Below, piece by piece: positions 8,575 to 16,872 of a stretch of 58,592 nucleotides of DNA (within the stretch, counting starts at the first letter, position 1; the number at the start of each line of letters is the position of its first letter). A program made the translations under genes and the position numbers. The DNA comes from Candidatus Bipolaricaulota bacterium. GTDB lineage: Bacteria > Bipolaricaulota > Bipolaricaulia > RBG-16-55-9. The stretch spans positions 1 to 58,592 of the forward strand of contig JALSGO010000100.1 in the NCBI GenBank assembly GCA_026982655.1. Reading direction: 5' to 3'. The notes below the pieces were generated by a model. It searched no databases and was not told where the DNA came from. It was given only the letters and a program-made list of their open reading frames with translations.

Positions 8575-9753
8575 ATGCGGAGATTCCTCTCGGCGCTCGT
8601 CCTCGGGGGGGTCGGGATCTTCCTCCTCGAGGGGATGTCGGCGGTGGCACAAGGCCCGATGAGGGCTTCTTCGTTCGAAGTCTGGGTGAGCGATCAGGAA
8701 GGGGACCGTCTCCTCGTGCTCGACGGGACCACCCTGGACGTCCTCACGGAGATCCCCACGGACGAGGACGGGGAGCCGGCCACGAGCAAGCCCCACATGG
8801 TCCTGTTCAGCCCCGACGGGCGCTACGCCTATGTGGCCCTGGTGGCCGCCGGGAGCGTGGCCGTGGTGGACGCCCGGACCAAACGGGTGGTCACCACAAT
8901 CCCGACGGGCAAGCGGGCGCACGCTCCGATGCCCTCGCCCGACGGGACGCGCCTTCTGGTCGTCAACGTCGGGGATTCCACCGTCACGGAGATCCTTGCG
9001 GACACCCGCCGGGGGGTCTTCCGTAAGGGGCGGACGATCCCCGTGGGCCCGCGGCCCATCTGCCTGCTGTTTACGGCCGACGGGGCCAAGGCCTATGTGA
9101 CGCTGGGCGGCGACCCCGAGGCGGAGGACCCCGCGGCCACAGGCGGCATCGAGGTGATCGACGTCGCCCGCGGCGAGGTGCGAAAGCGCTTCGAGAACAC
9201 GGGGAAGAACGGCTGCGGGCTCGCCCGCTACACGCCCGATGAGCGGGTGATGTTCGCCAACGTGGGGCAGCCCCTCAACCGCCTCTACGCCTTCGACACC
9301 GAACGCGAGGAGCTCCTCTTCCAGACGGAGGCGGGCGTGGACGACGCCCACGGGCTGTGGGTCTCCCCTCAGGGGGCGGTGTGGGTCTTCGGACGGCGGG
9401 ACGGACGTGTGCGCGTCTTCGACTTCGACGTACAGCAGGGGTTCCGCCCGCAGGGCGAGTTCACGATGCGCCCGGGGCTGGACCTCTTGGACGCCTCGCC
9501 CGATGGCTCGCGGCTCTTCGTGGCGGTGCGCGGCCCGGCGGGCGGGGGCGAGACCCCTGGCGTGGCCGTCATAGACGTCACGCAACGTCGGGAAGCGCGC
9601 TTCGTCCCGCTGGGGGACGATCCCCACGGCTTGGCGGTCCGCGTCGCGGACGCCCCCGCAAGGCCCATGGGACGGATGCCGATGCCCTTCCCCTGGATGC
9701 CCCTTCTGTTGTTGGGTGCCCTGGTCGTGCTGATCGTGGTGTTGCGTCGCTAA
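8575..9753 (+). CDS. YVTN-type beta-propeller repeat protein with signal peptide and C-terminal TM anchor
   Basis: ATG 8575 lies 9 nt after GGAGG (8561-8565); the ORF-track start 8566 is a TTG. Repeated SPDGRYAYVA / SPDGTRLLVVN / TADGAKAYVT / SPDGSRLFVAV blades. The C-terminus MPLLLLGALVVLIVVLRR is a hydrophobic anchor. Confidence 0.75.
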   Translation: MRRFLSALVLGGVGIFLLEGMSAVAQGPMRASSFEVWVSDQEGDRLLVLDGTTLDVLTEIPTDEDGEPATSKPHMVLFSPDGRYAYVALVAAGSVAVVDARTKRVVTTIPTGKRAHAPMPSPDGTRLLVVNVGDSTVTEILADTRRGVFRKGRTIPVGPRPICLLFTADGAKAYVTLGGDPEAEDPAATGGIEVIDVARGEVRKRFENTGKNGCGLARYTPDERVMFANVGQPLNRLYAFDTEREELLFQTEAGVDDAHGLWVSPQGAVWVFGRRDGRVRVFDFDVQQGFRPQGEFTMRPGLDLLDASPDGSRLFVAVRGPAGGGETPGVAVIDVTQRREARFVPLGDDPHGLAVRVADAPARPMGRMPMPFPWMPLLLLGALVVLIVVLRR

Positions 9754-9865
9754 CGGCGCTCAAGGCCGCGTCGGCGCGACGGGGCGCGTAGGGGCAGGGG
9801 CGGCGAACGGGTCCCCAGGAGGACTGGAAAGGGAAAATTACCCCCAAAAAAGGAGGAGGTAGACC

Positions 9866-11530
9866 ATGCGTACGGAACGAAGGGTCAACCGGTTGCAGGC
9901 GCGGGCGAAGCGGCCCCGGGTCCGCGCCGTCCTCGGCAGCCTGCTGCTCGGCCTGTGGGCGGTAGGGTTGCTCGTCTCGCTCGGGGCCTCTCAGGGAGAG
10001 ACGGTCCCGCAGATCCGCATGGCCATCCCGGCCGACGAGCGGACCCTCACCCCCTACACCTACAACACGGGCTTCCCCGGCTACAACATCCTCTCGCTCC
10101 TCTACGACACCCTGTTGCTGATCGACGCCGACGGCGTACCCCAGCCGTGGCTGGCCGAGTCCGTGGAGGTCTCCGACGACGGGCTCACCTGGACGTTTAC
10201 CCTGCGGGAGGGAATCCGCTGGCAGGACGGCCAGCCCCTCACCGCCGCGGACGTGAAGTTCAGCTACGAGTACTTCCAGCAAAACCCCCACGGGCGCTTC
10301 ACTCCGGAGGCGAACGTCGTCTCCGCGATCGAGATCCCCGACGAGCGCACCGTGGTGATGCGGCTGGAGGCGCCCAACCCCATCTTCGACAGCCGCACCC
10401 TGGCCGATGTGCCCATCCTGCCGAAGCACATCTGGGAGGGGGTGGAAGACCCGAACGCCTTCGACAACGCGCTCGGCAGCGGCCCCTACCGCCTGGTCCA
10501 GTATGAGCCGGATCAGTTCTATCGCTTGGAGGCCAACCGGGATTACTTCGCGGGACAGCCCGTGACAGACGTGCTGATCCTGCCGATCATCAAGGACCCC
10601 ACCGCCACCTTCTCGGCCTTGAAGGCGGGGCAGATCGACGTCTCGGCCCGGGAGCTCACCCCCGAGCTGGTGGAGGAGTTCGAGGCCACCCCCGGCGTGG
10701 CCGTCGTCACCGGACCGGGGTTCGCCAGCACGCTGGTGCAGTTTAACCTCGAACGGGAGCCCTTTGACAACGCGGAGTTCCGCCGGATCGTCGCCGGCCT
10801 CATCGACTACGAGCAGCTCGTAGAGACCCTCCTGCTGGGGCGTGGCACCCTGGGGAGCCCCGGCTTCCTCCACCCGGCGCTCCCCTTCTACAACGAGGGG
10901 CTCATGGGCTACGAGCGGCTCACGGCCGAGGAGGCCGGGCAGCGCCTCGAGGCCCTGGGGTTCCGCGACACGGACGGCGACGGGATCCGGGAGTTCCCCG
11001 ACGGGCGGCCCTTGGAATTCGTGTTCTTGGCCCAGTCGGACAACCCGATCCGGCTACGGGCCGCGGAGCTGATCTCCCAGAGCCTGCGGGCGGCGGGGAT
11101 CGCCTTCAACGTGCGGGCGCTCGACCGGGACACGATCGTCTCGCTGGTGTGGCCGGACTTCGACGTCTGCAAGGGGCGGGACTTCGAGGTCTCGATGTGG
11201 GGCTGGTCCGCCCCGGTCCAGAGCCGCACCCTCGTCCAGCAGCTCTTCCACTCCGACTGCCGCGTGGGGACGCTCAACATCGGCGGCTACCGCAACCCCG
11301 AGCTCGACGCGTTGCTCGATGAGCAGGCCGTCACGGTGGACCGCGAGGCGCGCAAGCAGCTCCTCGACCGCGTACAGGAGGTCATCGCCCAGGACCTGCC
11401 GTTTATCACCCTCTTCTATCCGGACCGCCTCTTCGGCTACCGGCCCGAGGTCTACGACGGCTGGGTCTTCCAGGTGGGCGAGGGGATCATCAACAAGCTC
11501 TCCCTGGTGCGCCAGGAGTTGATCCGCTAG
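9866..11530 (+). CDS. ABC transporter substrate-binding protein, family 5 (peptide/nickel/opine type)
   Basis: ATG 9866 follows AGGAGGAGG (9851-9859). Has a signal peptide. The length and blocks (TFTLREGIRWQDGQPLTAADVKFSYE, GSGPYRLV) are typical of DppA/OppA/NikA-like SBPs. Confidence 0.9.
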   Translation: MRTERRVNRLQARAKRPRVRAVLGSLLLGLWAVGLLVSLGASQGETVPQIRMAIPADERTLTPYTYNTGFPGYNILSLLYDTLLLIDADGVPQPWLAESVEVSDDGLTWTFTLREGIRWQDGQPLTAADVKFSYEYFQQNPHGRFTPEANVVSAIEIPDERTVVMRLEAPNPIFDSRTLADVPILPKHIWEGVEDPNAFDNALGSGPYRLVQYEPDQFYRLEANRDYFAGQPVTDVLILPIIKDPTATFSALKAGQIDVSARELTPELVEEFEATPGVAVVTGPGFASTLVQFNLEREPFDNAEFRRIVAGLIDYEQLVETLLLGRGTLGSPGFLHPALPFYNEGLMGYERLTAEEAGQRLEALGFRDTDGDGIREFPDGRPLEFVFLAQSDNPIRLRAAELISQSLRAAGIAFNVRALDRDTIVSLVWPDFDVCKGRDFEVSMWGWSAPVQSRTLVQQLFHSDCRVGTLNIGGYRNPELDALLDEQAVTVDREARKQLLDRVQEVIAQDLPFITLFYPDRLFGYRPEVYDGWVFQVGEGIINKLSLVRQELIR

Positions 11531-11572
11531 CGCTAGGAGCGATAGCCCTTCCATCCCCCGGGAAGCAGAGTC

Positions 11573-11615
11573 GGCCGCCGGGTCCTCCCCACCCCTGACC
11601 GCGGACCCGGCGGCC
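11573..11615 (+). promoter_or_regulatory. intercistronic hairpin after the SBP gene
   Basis: ggccgccgggtcc (11573-11585) pairs perfectly with ggacccggcggcc (11603-11615): a 13-bp stem with a 17-nt loop and no U-tract. Confidence 0.5.
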
Positions 11616-11676
11616 CCTCCCCCCTTCCCGCCGCTCCCTTGCGGAGCCGGACGGAGGTGAAGTACAAACCGATCCC

Positions 11677-12645
11677 ATGTTCTGGACAGCGAAGCTGGGG
11701 CAATACCTCTTGGTGCTGTTGATCATCCTGGCGATCAACTTCTTCCTGCCGCGGGCGATGCCCGGCAGCCCCCTGCGCTTCCTCGCCGGGGAGGACGTCG
11801 GCTTCCTGCCCCCGGAGACGATCCAGGAGCTCCTGGCCAAGAACGGCTTGGACAAGCCCCTCCCCCAGCAGTTCTGGCTCTACTTGAAGAACCTGCTCAA
11901 GGGGGACTTGGGGTACTCCTACCAGATGAAGCGGCCCGTGCTCGAGGTGCTGTGGGAGCGGCTCCCCTGGACGCTCCTCCTTACGGGGACGAGCTTGATC
12001 TTGGCCACGATCATCGGCGTCGTCGTGGGGACGCTGGCTGCCTGGCGGCGCGGTCGGCGCTTCGACGCGATCTCGCTTACGACCTTCATCCTGCTGGACT
12101 CCACCCCCAGCTTCTGGCTGGGGATGATCCTCATCGCCGTCTTCGCCGTCAACGCGAAGCTTCTGCCCATCTTCGGCGCTCAGACCCCTTGGGTGACGCT
12201 GACGGGCTGGGCCTATATAGCCGACATCCTCAAGCACTTGATCCTGCCGGTCACCACGCTCACGCTCACCACGATCTCGGGGACGTTTATGATCATGCGC
12301 TACTCGATGCTCCAGACCCTGGGGGCAGACTACATCACCACCGCCCGCAGCAAGGGGCTGCCCGAGCGGGTCGTGCTCTACCGCCATGCGATGCGCAACG
12401 CGCTGTTGCCCGTGGCCACCGTCTTCATGCTCAACTTAGGGTTTGTAGTCAGTGGGGCGACGGTCGTGGAGACCGTCTTCAGCTATCCCGGGCTGGGGCG
12501 CCTGCTCTTCGAGGCCGTGCTCAACCGGGATTACCCCCTGCTGCAGGGAGCCTTCTTGCTGATCACCCTGAGCGTGCTGGCGGCCAACGTCGTGGCCGAT
12601 CTCCTCTATCCGCTGCTCGACCCCAGAGTCCGCAGTTCTCGATGA
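11677..12645 (+). CDS. ABC transporter permease (DppB/OppB-like)
   Basis: The N-terminus LPRAMPGSPL and 6-TM pattern are typical, as is the EAA-type region TARSKGLPERVVLYRHAMRNALLPV. Confidence 0.9.
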   Translation: MFWTAKLGQYLLVLLIILAINFFLPRAMPGSPLRFLAGEDVGFLPPETIQELLAKNGLDKPLPQQFWLYLKNLLKGDLGYSYQMKRPVLEVLWERLPWTLLLTGTSLILATIIGVVVGTLAAWRRGRRFDAISLTTFILLDSTPSFWLGMILIAVFAVNAKLLPIFGAQTPWVTLTGWAYIADILKHLILPVTTLTLTTISGTFMIMRYSMLQTLGADYITTARSKGLPERVVLYRHAMRNALLPVATVFMLNLGFVVSGATVVETVFSYPGLGRLLFEAVLNRDYPLLQGAFLLITLSVLAANVVADLLYPLLDPRVRSSR

Positions 12646-12712
12646 GACGATGAGACGAGCAGGAAGACTCACTCCCAAGGAGGGAAAGGAAGAAACCTAG
12701 GGGGGACCGATC

Positions 12713-13606
12713 ATGGAAGTCGGCGGGAGGCTACGACGCGCGGTGCGATTCTTCCAGGAGAACCCCTTGAGCTGGGTGGGGCTGATCCTCCTGATCGGGC
12801 TGGGCGGCGTGGCTCTGCTGGCCCCGTACTTGAGCCCGTACGATCCCAAGGAAGTGGTCGGCAGGCCGTTCCAAAAGCCCTCCCCGGAGCATCCCCTGGG
12901 CACGAACGACATCGGCCAGGACATCCTCTCGGAACTCCTCTACGGCGCGCGGACCAGCCTGTTGATCGGGTTTACGGCGGCGGCGATCGCCATCCTCCTG
13001 GGGACGCTGGTGGGGGTGGTGGCCGGGTACGCCGGCGGGTGGGTGGACGCCGCGCTGATGCGCCTGGTGGACGTGGTGCTGGTGATCCCCTTCCTGCCGC
13101 TGATGATCCTGCTGGCAGCGTACCTGGGGCCGGGGTTGATCAACATCATCGGGGTGATCGCCGCGCTCATCTGGGCCCGCCCCGCCCGCGTGATCCGCTC
13201 TCAGGTCCTCTCGCTCAAGCACTCCGCCTACATCGAAGCGGCGGAGGCGTTGGGGGCGGGCTTCGGGCGTGTCCTCTTCCGCCATGTGCTCCCCGGGGTA
13301 CTGCCCTTGGCGCTGGCCCAGTTCATCCTGGCGGCCTCCAGCTCCATCCTCATCGAGTCGTCGCTGGCGTTCCTGGGGCTGGGGGATCCCCTGCGCAAGT
13401 CCTGGGGGACGATTCTGTATTATGCCCAGGCGCGCGGGGCCTTCCTGACGGGGGCCTGGCTCTGGTGGGTCCTCCCCCCCGGACTGCTCATCACGCTCAG
13501 CGTGCTGGGGTTTGCTCTGACCGGGTACGCCCTGGAACGGCTGATCCAACCCCAACTCGCCCGCCACGGGGGCCCTCAGCCGCCGCGAACGCGGAGCCAA
13601 CGGTAA
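12713..13606 (+). CDS. ABC transporter permease (DppC/OppC-like)
   Basis: HPLGTNDIGQDILSELLYGARTSL and EAAEALGAGFGRVLFRHVLPGV are typical DppC/OppC blocks. Confidence 0.9.
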   Translation: MEVGGRLRRAVRFFQENPLSWVGLILLIGLGGVALLAPYLSPYDPKEVVGRPFQKPSPEHPLGTNDIGQDILSELLYGARTSLLIGFTAAAIAILLGTLVGVVAGYAGGWVDAALMRLVDVVLVIPFLPLMILLAAYLGPGLINIIGVIAALIWARPARVIRSQVLSLKHSAYIEAAEALGAGFGRVLFRHVLPGVLPLALAQFILAASSSILIESSLAFLGLGDPLRKSWGTILYYAQARGAFLTGAWLWWVLPPGLLITLSVLGFALTGYALERLIQPQLARHGGPQPPRTRSQR

Positions 13607-13654
13607 CAGCGGGCGTATCGATCCTCATACCCCCTCGCCGAAGGCTCCAGCCCC

Positions 13655-13684
13655 TTGACGCTCCAAGCCCATAGCGGGTATAAT
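13655..13684 (+). promoter_or_regulatory. strong sigma70-type promoter ahead of a ~365-nt leader
   Basis: TTGACG (13655-13660), an 18-nt spacer, then a perfect TATAAT (13679-13684). The next gene start is ATG 14057. Confidence 0.6.
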
Positions 13685-14056
13685 CCCGCAAACCGGACCG
13701 GAGCCCAAGAAGGGGGACACAGGGGACTTGCGAGCCCTAGTGGTTTTTGGTGCCGTCTTGATCTTGCTCGCAGGCAGCGCTCTTAACGGGCCCGTTTGCC
13801 ATCAAGCGTTCAGTTGCCCCCTCGCCTCGGAAGTCGTGCTCCTCGCCTTTCATCCGACCCTAGCCTTTGTGTACGTCTCCCCACCGGTAGCCCCGCACGA
13901 GGGGAGATCTCCCTTACTGGAGCATCCTCCTCAAAGAGACATCTCCTAGCAGCACGTCGTGCCCCAGGGCATCGGAGGCCCTGGTACTCCGTTTCGGGAA
14001 GGAACCGGGCATTCTGAGACCCGGAAGATCGCTCTACCCAAAAGGAGGTCGGAACC

Positions 14057-15760
14057 ATGCAGCAAGCCGTACGGAGCGGCATCAACCGACGGCAGTTCCT
14101 CAAGCGGGTCGGCGCGGCGGCCGGAGCCACGGTGCTCCTAGGCCCCCTCGGTCGGCTCACGGGCTACGGCCAGATGCAGAAGGTGGTGCGGGCCGCCCTC
14201 TGGCAGGAGCCCGAGGGGTTGAACCCCTTCTTCTTCATCCAGACCGCCAGCCGGATCGTCCGCAAGCGCGTGCTCGAGGGGCTCTTCCGCATCGCCCCCG
14301 ACGGGAGCGTCGTCCCCGTCCTGGCCGCCGAGGTCCCCACCCAGCAGAACGGCGGCATCTCCGAGGACGGCAAGACGATCACCATCAAGCTCAAGAAGGG
14401 ACTCGTCTGGTCGGACGGGACCCCCGTCACTGCCCAGGACGTCGTCTTCACCTGGGAGGTCGTCATGGACGACCGCAACCCGGTCAGCAGCCGCGCGGGC
14501 TACGACCTCATCGAGGACATGAGCACCCCGGACGACACCACGGTCGTGATGCGCTTCCGCGAGGTCTACGCCCCGTTCTTGACGCTCTTTAGCGTCAACC
14601 ACGCGGTGCTCCCCCGCCACGTCTTCAACGGGAATACCGATCTGAGTCAGTCGCCCTTCAACCGCGAGCCCGTGGTGGGGACGGGGCCCTTTAAGTTCGT
14701 CCGCTGGGAGTCCGGCGCCTTCATCGAACTGGAGAAGAACCCCATGTACCGGGGAGCTCCGGACAAGCCCCTGCTGGACAAGCTCATCTACACGATCGTC
14801 CCCGCCCGCGAGACGGCGATCCAGCAGATCAAGACCGGCCAGGTCGACGCGATGTGGAACCTGCTGGAGTCCCAGATCCCCGAGTTCCAGGGGCTCGCGG
14901 ACGTACGACTCCTCAACACCCCCTCGGCCAACCTCGAGTACTTGGGGCTCAACCTGAGCGACCCCAGGAGCCAAGACCCGAACAACCCCGGCTACACCGA
15001 TCCCAACAAGCCGCACCCCATTCTGGGGGACCCGGCGGTGCGCGAGGCGATCGAGCTGGCGATCGACAAGCAGGCGATCGTCGACGCCCTCTTCGGAGGG
15101 CTCACCAGCGTGGCCGTCTCGCCCATTAGCCCCTTCCACTGGGCGAACAACCCCGAGATCGGGCCGAGCGAGTACAACCCCGACAAGGCGAAGCAGCTCC
15201 TGGACGAGGCGGGCTGGACCCCCGGCCCCGGCGGGGTGCGCGTCAAGGACGGGGTGCGCATGGACCTGCGCATCATGACCACCACGGGCGACCAGATCCG
15301 CCTGCAAACGGAGCAGATCATCCAGCGCTACCTCCTGGAGGTGGGGATCAACCTCCAGATCGTCAACGTCCCCTCCGCGGTACTCTTCAGCAAGAACGGT
15401 CCGCTCCAGACGGGGGACTACGACATCGCCGAGGACACCTGGGGCCCGGACTTCGACCCGGCGGACTTCCTGACGATCCTCTTCCACAGCAACTCGCTGC
15501 CGCCCAACGGCTGGAACTTCTTCCGCATCAACAGCCCCGACATCGACAAGCACATCGACCTGGGGAACTCCGCCATCGGGATCGAGGCCCGCAAGCCGCA
15601 CTACCAGATCGCCCAGAAGCTCATCCTCGACACCGGGGCCTACATCCCCTTGTACAACCGCTCGCTCATCGACGCCTTCCGCACGAACGTCAAGGGCGTC
15701 ACCGAGGGCGGCAACCCCTGGGACGACTTCAGCTGGGACGCGGAGAACTGGGACGTTTGA
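14057..15760 (+). CDS. ABC transporter substrate-binding protein, family 5, with twin-arginine signal
   Basis: ATG 14057 follows AAAGGAGG (14041-14048). Tat motif NRRQFLKRVGAAAGA. Family-5 SBP blocks such as TIKLKKGLVWSDGTPVTAQDVVFTWE. Confidence 0.9.
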   Translation: MQQAVRSGINRRQFLKRVGAAAGATVLLGPLGRLTGYGQMQKVVRAALWQEPEGLNPFFFIQTASRIVRKRVLEGLFRIAPDGSVVPVLAAEVPTQQNGGISEDGKTITIKLKKGLVWSDGTPVTAQDVVFTWEVVMDDRNPVSSRAGYDLIEDMSTPDDTTVVMRFREVYAPFLTLFSVNHAVLPRHVFNGNTDLSQSPFNREPVVGTGPFKFVRWESGAFIELEKNPMYRGAPDKPLLDKLIYTIVPARETAIQQIKTGQVDAMWNLLESQIPEFQGLADVRLLNTPSANLEYLGLNLSDPRSQDPNNPGYTDPNKPHPILGDPAVREAIELAIDKQAIVDALFGGLTSVAVSPISPFHWANNPEIGPSEYNPDKAKQLLDEAGWTPGPGGVRVKDGVRMDLRIMTTTGDQIRLQTEQIIQRYLLEVGINLQIVNVPSAVLFSKNGPLQTGDYDIAEDTWGPDFDPADFLTILFHSNSLPPNGWNFFRINSPDIDKHIDLGNSAIGIEARKPHYQIAQKLILDTGAYIPLYNRSLIDAFRTNVKGVTEGGNPWDDFSWDAENWDV

Positions 15761-15776
15761 TGGGATCGATCCCTAA

Positions 15777-15863
15777 GGCTTGACGCTACCCCGTCAAGCC
15801 AAGCACGGAGCGGCCCGAGGGGCGGGAGGCAGGTCGTATCGGAGCCTCCTCCCGCCCCTCGGG
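15777..15863 (+). promoter_or_regulatory. double intercistronic hairpin after the SBP gene
   Basis: Hairpin 1: ggcttgacg (15777-15785) pairs with cgtcaagcc (15792-15800). Hairpin 2: cccgaggggcgggagg (15814-15829) pairs with cctcccgcccctcggg (15848-15863), a 16-bp perfect stem. Neither has a U-tract. Confidence 0.55.
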
Positions 15864-15906
15864 GACTCGTCAAAGAACCCGCCCGAGGGACACGGGCGCG
15901 ATCGGA

Positions 15907-16872
15907 ATGGGACATTATCTTTTGCGGCGCTTGGTGGAGGGGATCCCCCTGCTGTTGGGGATCACCCTGGTGGTCTACTTGGTGCTGGTGAGCATCCCGG
16001 GAGGCCCGTTGGCAGCCTATCGGAACAACCCCCGGGTGCGGGCCGAGGACCTGGCTCGACTGGAGAAACAGCTGGGACTGGATCGGCCCGTCCACGTGCG
16101 GTATGCCCTTTGGCTGGGGCGGTTCGTCCGCGGGGATTGGGGATACTCGTACGTCACCCGCCAGCCGGTCCTCTCGATGATCTGGGAACGATTCCAAAAC
16201 ACGGTGTACCTGATGGGGATCTCGATGCTCGTCACCCTCTTGCTGGCCCTTCCTATCGGGATCTACTCCGCCGTCCGTCAGTACTCCCTCTTCGATCACG
16301 CCATGACCGGGTTGGCGTTTATGGGCTACTCGATGCCGGTCTTTTGGCTGGGGCTGCTGTTGATGCTCCTCTTCAGCGTCGAGCTGCGCTGGTTCCCGGC
16401 CGGGGGGATGTTCACCGTCGGGGAGGAGCTGTCGGGCTGGGAGGCCTTTCTCGACCGCCTGCGGTACCTCGCACTGCCCGTGATCACCTTGACCATCGTA
16501 TCCACCGGGTTTTACGCGCGATACCTAAGGGCCAGCCTCCTAGACGTCATTCACCAGGACTATGTGCGCACGGCATGGGCCAAGGGGCTGCGGGGGAGCC
16601 GGGTAATCTTCCGCCACGCGCTGCGCAACGCCTTGATCCCCTTCGTCACGGTGGTAGCGATCCACCTGCCCCAGCTCTTCACCGGCGCGGTGGTGGTGGA
16701 AACCCTCTTCGCCTGGCCGGGGATCGGGAGGCTGTTCTGGGATTCGGCGCTCCGGTTCGACTATCCCGTGCTTATGGGGGTGCTGGCGATCGGAGCGCTG
16801 TTGGTGTGGTTCTTCAACTTGCTCGCCGATCTGCTCTACGGGTATTTAGATCCGAGGATCCGCTATGGCTGA
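15907..16872 (+). CDS. ABC transporter permease (DppB/OppB-like)
   Basis: MGHYLLRRLVEGIPLLLGITLVVYL... plus TAWAKGLRGSRVIFRHALRNALIPF are typical. Confidence 0.9.
   Translation: MGHYLLRRLVEGIPLLLGITLVVYLVLVSIPGGPLAAYRNNPRVRAEDLARLEKQLGLDRPVHVRYALWLGRFVRGDWGYSYVTRQPVLSMIWERFQNTVYLMGISMLVTLLLALPIGIYSAVRQYSLFDHAMTGLAFMGYSMPVFWLGLLLMLLFSVELRWFPAGGMFTVGEELSGWEAFLDRLRYLALPVITLTIVSTGFYARYLRASLLDVIHQDYVRTAWAKGLRGSRVIFRHALRNALIPFVTVVAIHLPQLFTGAVVVETLFAWPGIGRLFWDSALRFDYPVLMGVLAIGALLVWFFNLLADLLYGYLDPRIRYG

Noticed and set aside
13728-13949. The 73-codon ORF with a signal-peptide-like start (MRALVVFGAVLILLAGSA...) as a real small secreted or precursor peptide.
   Set aside because: It has a TTG start, and its third-position G/C usage (about 46 of 73 codons by my count) is clearly weaker than in neighbouring genes. 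It has no recognisable motif. It is not called as a feature and remains unresolved rather than disproved.
13685-14056. A known riboswitch class in the long leader (cobalamin, TPP, NiCo or SAM), or an SRP, 6S or RNase P RNA.
   Set aside because: The leader has a CTGAGA box (14014-14019) and GGGAA/CCGGG elements. It lacks the rest of the THI-box, any GCCACTG B12 box, and the SRP domain IV GGAAGCAGCC motif. No class could be supported by eye, so it is kept only as an unexplained structured leader.
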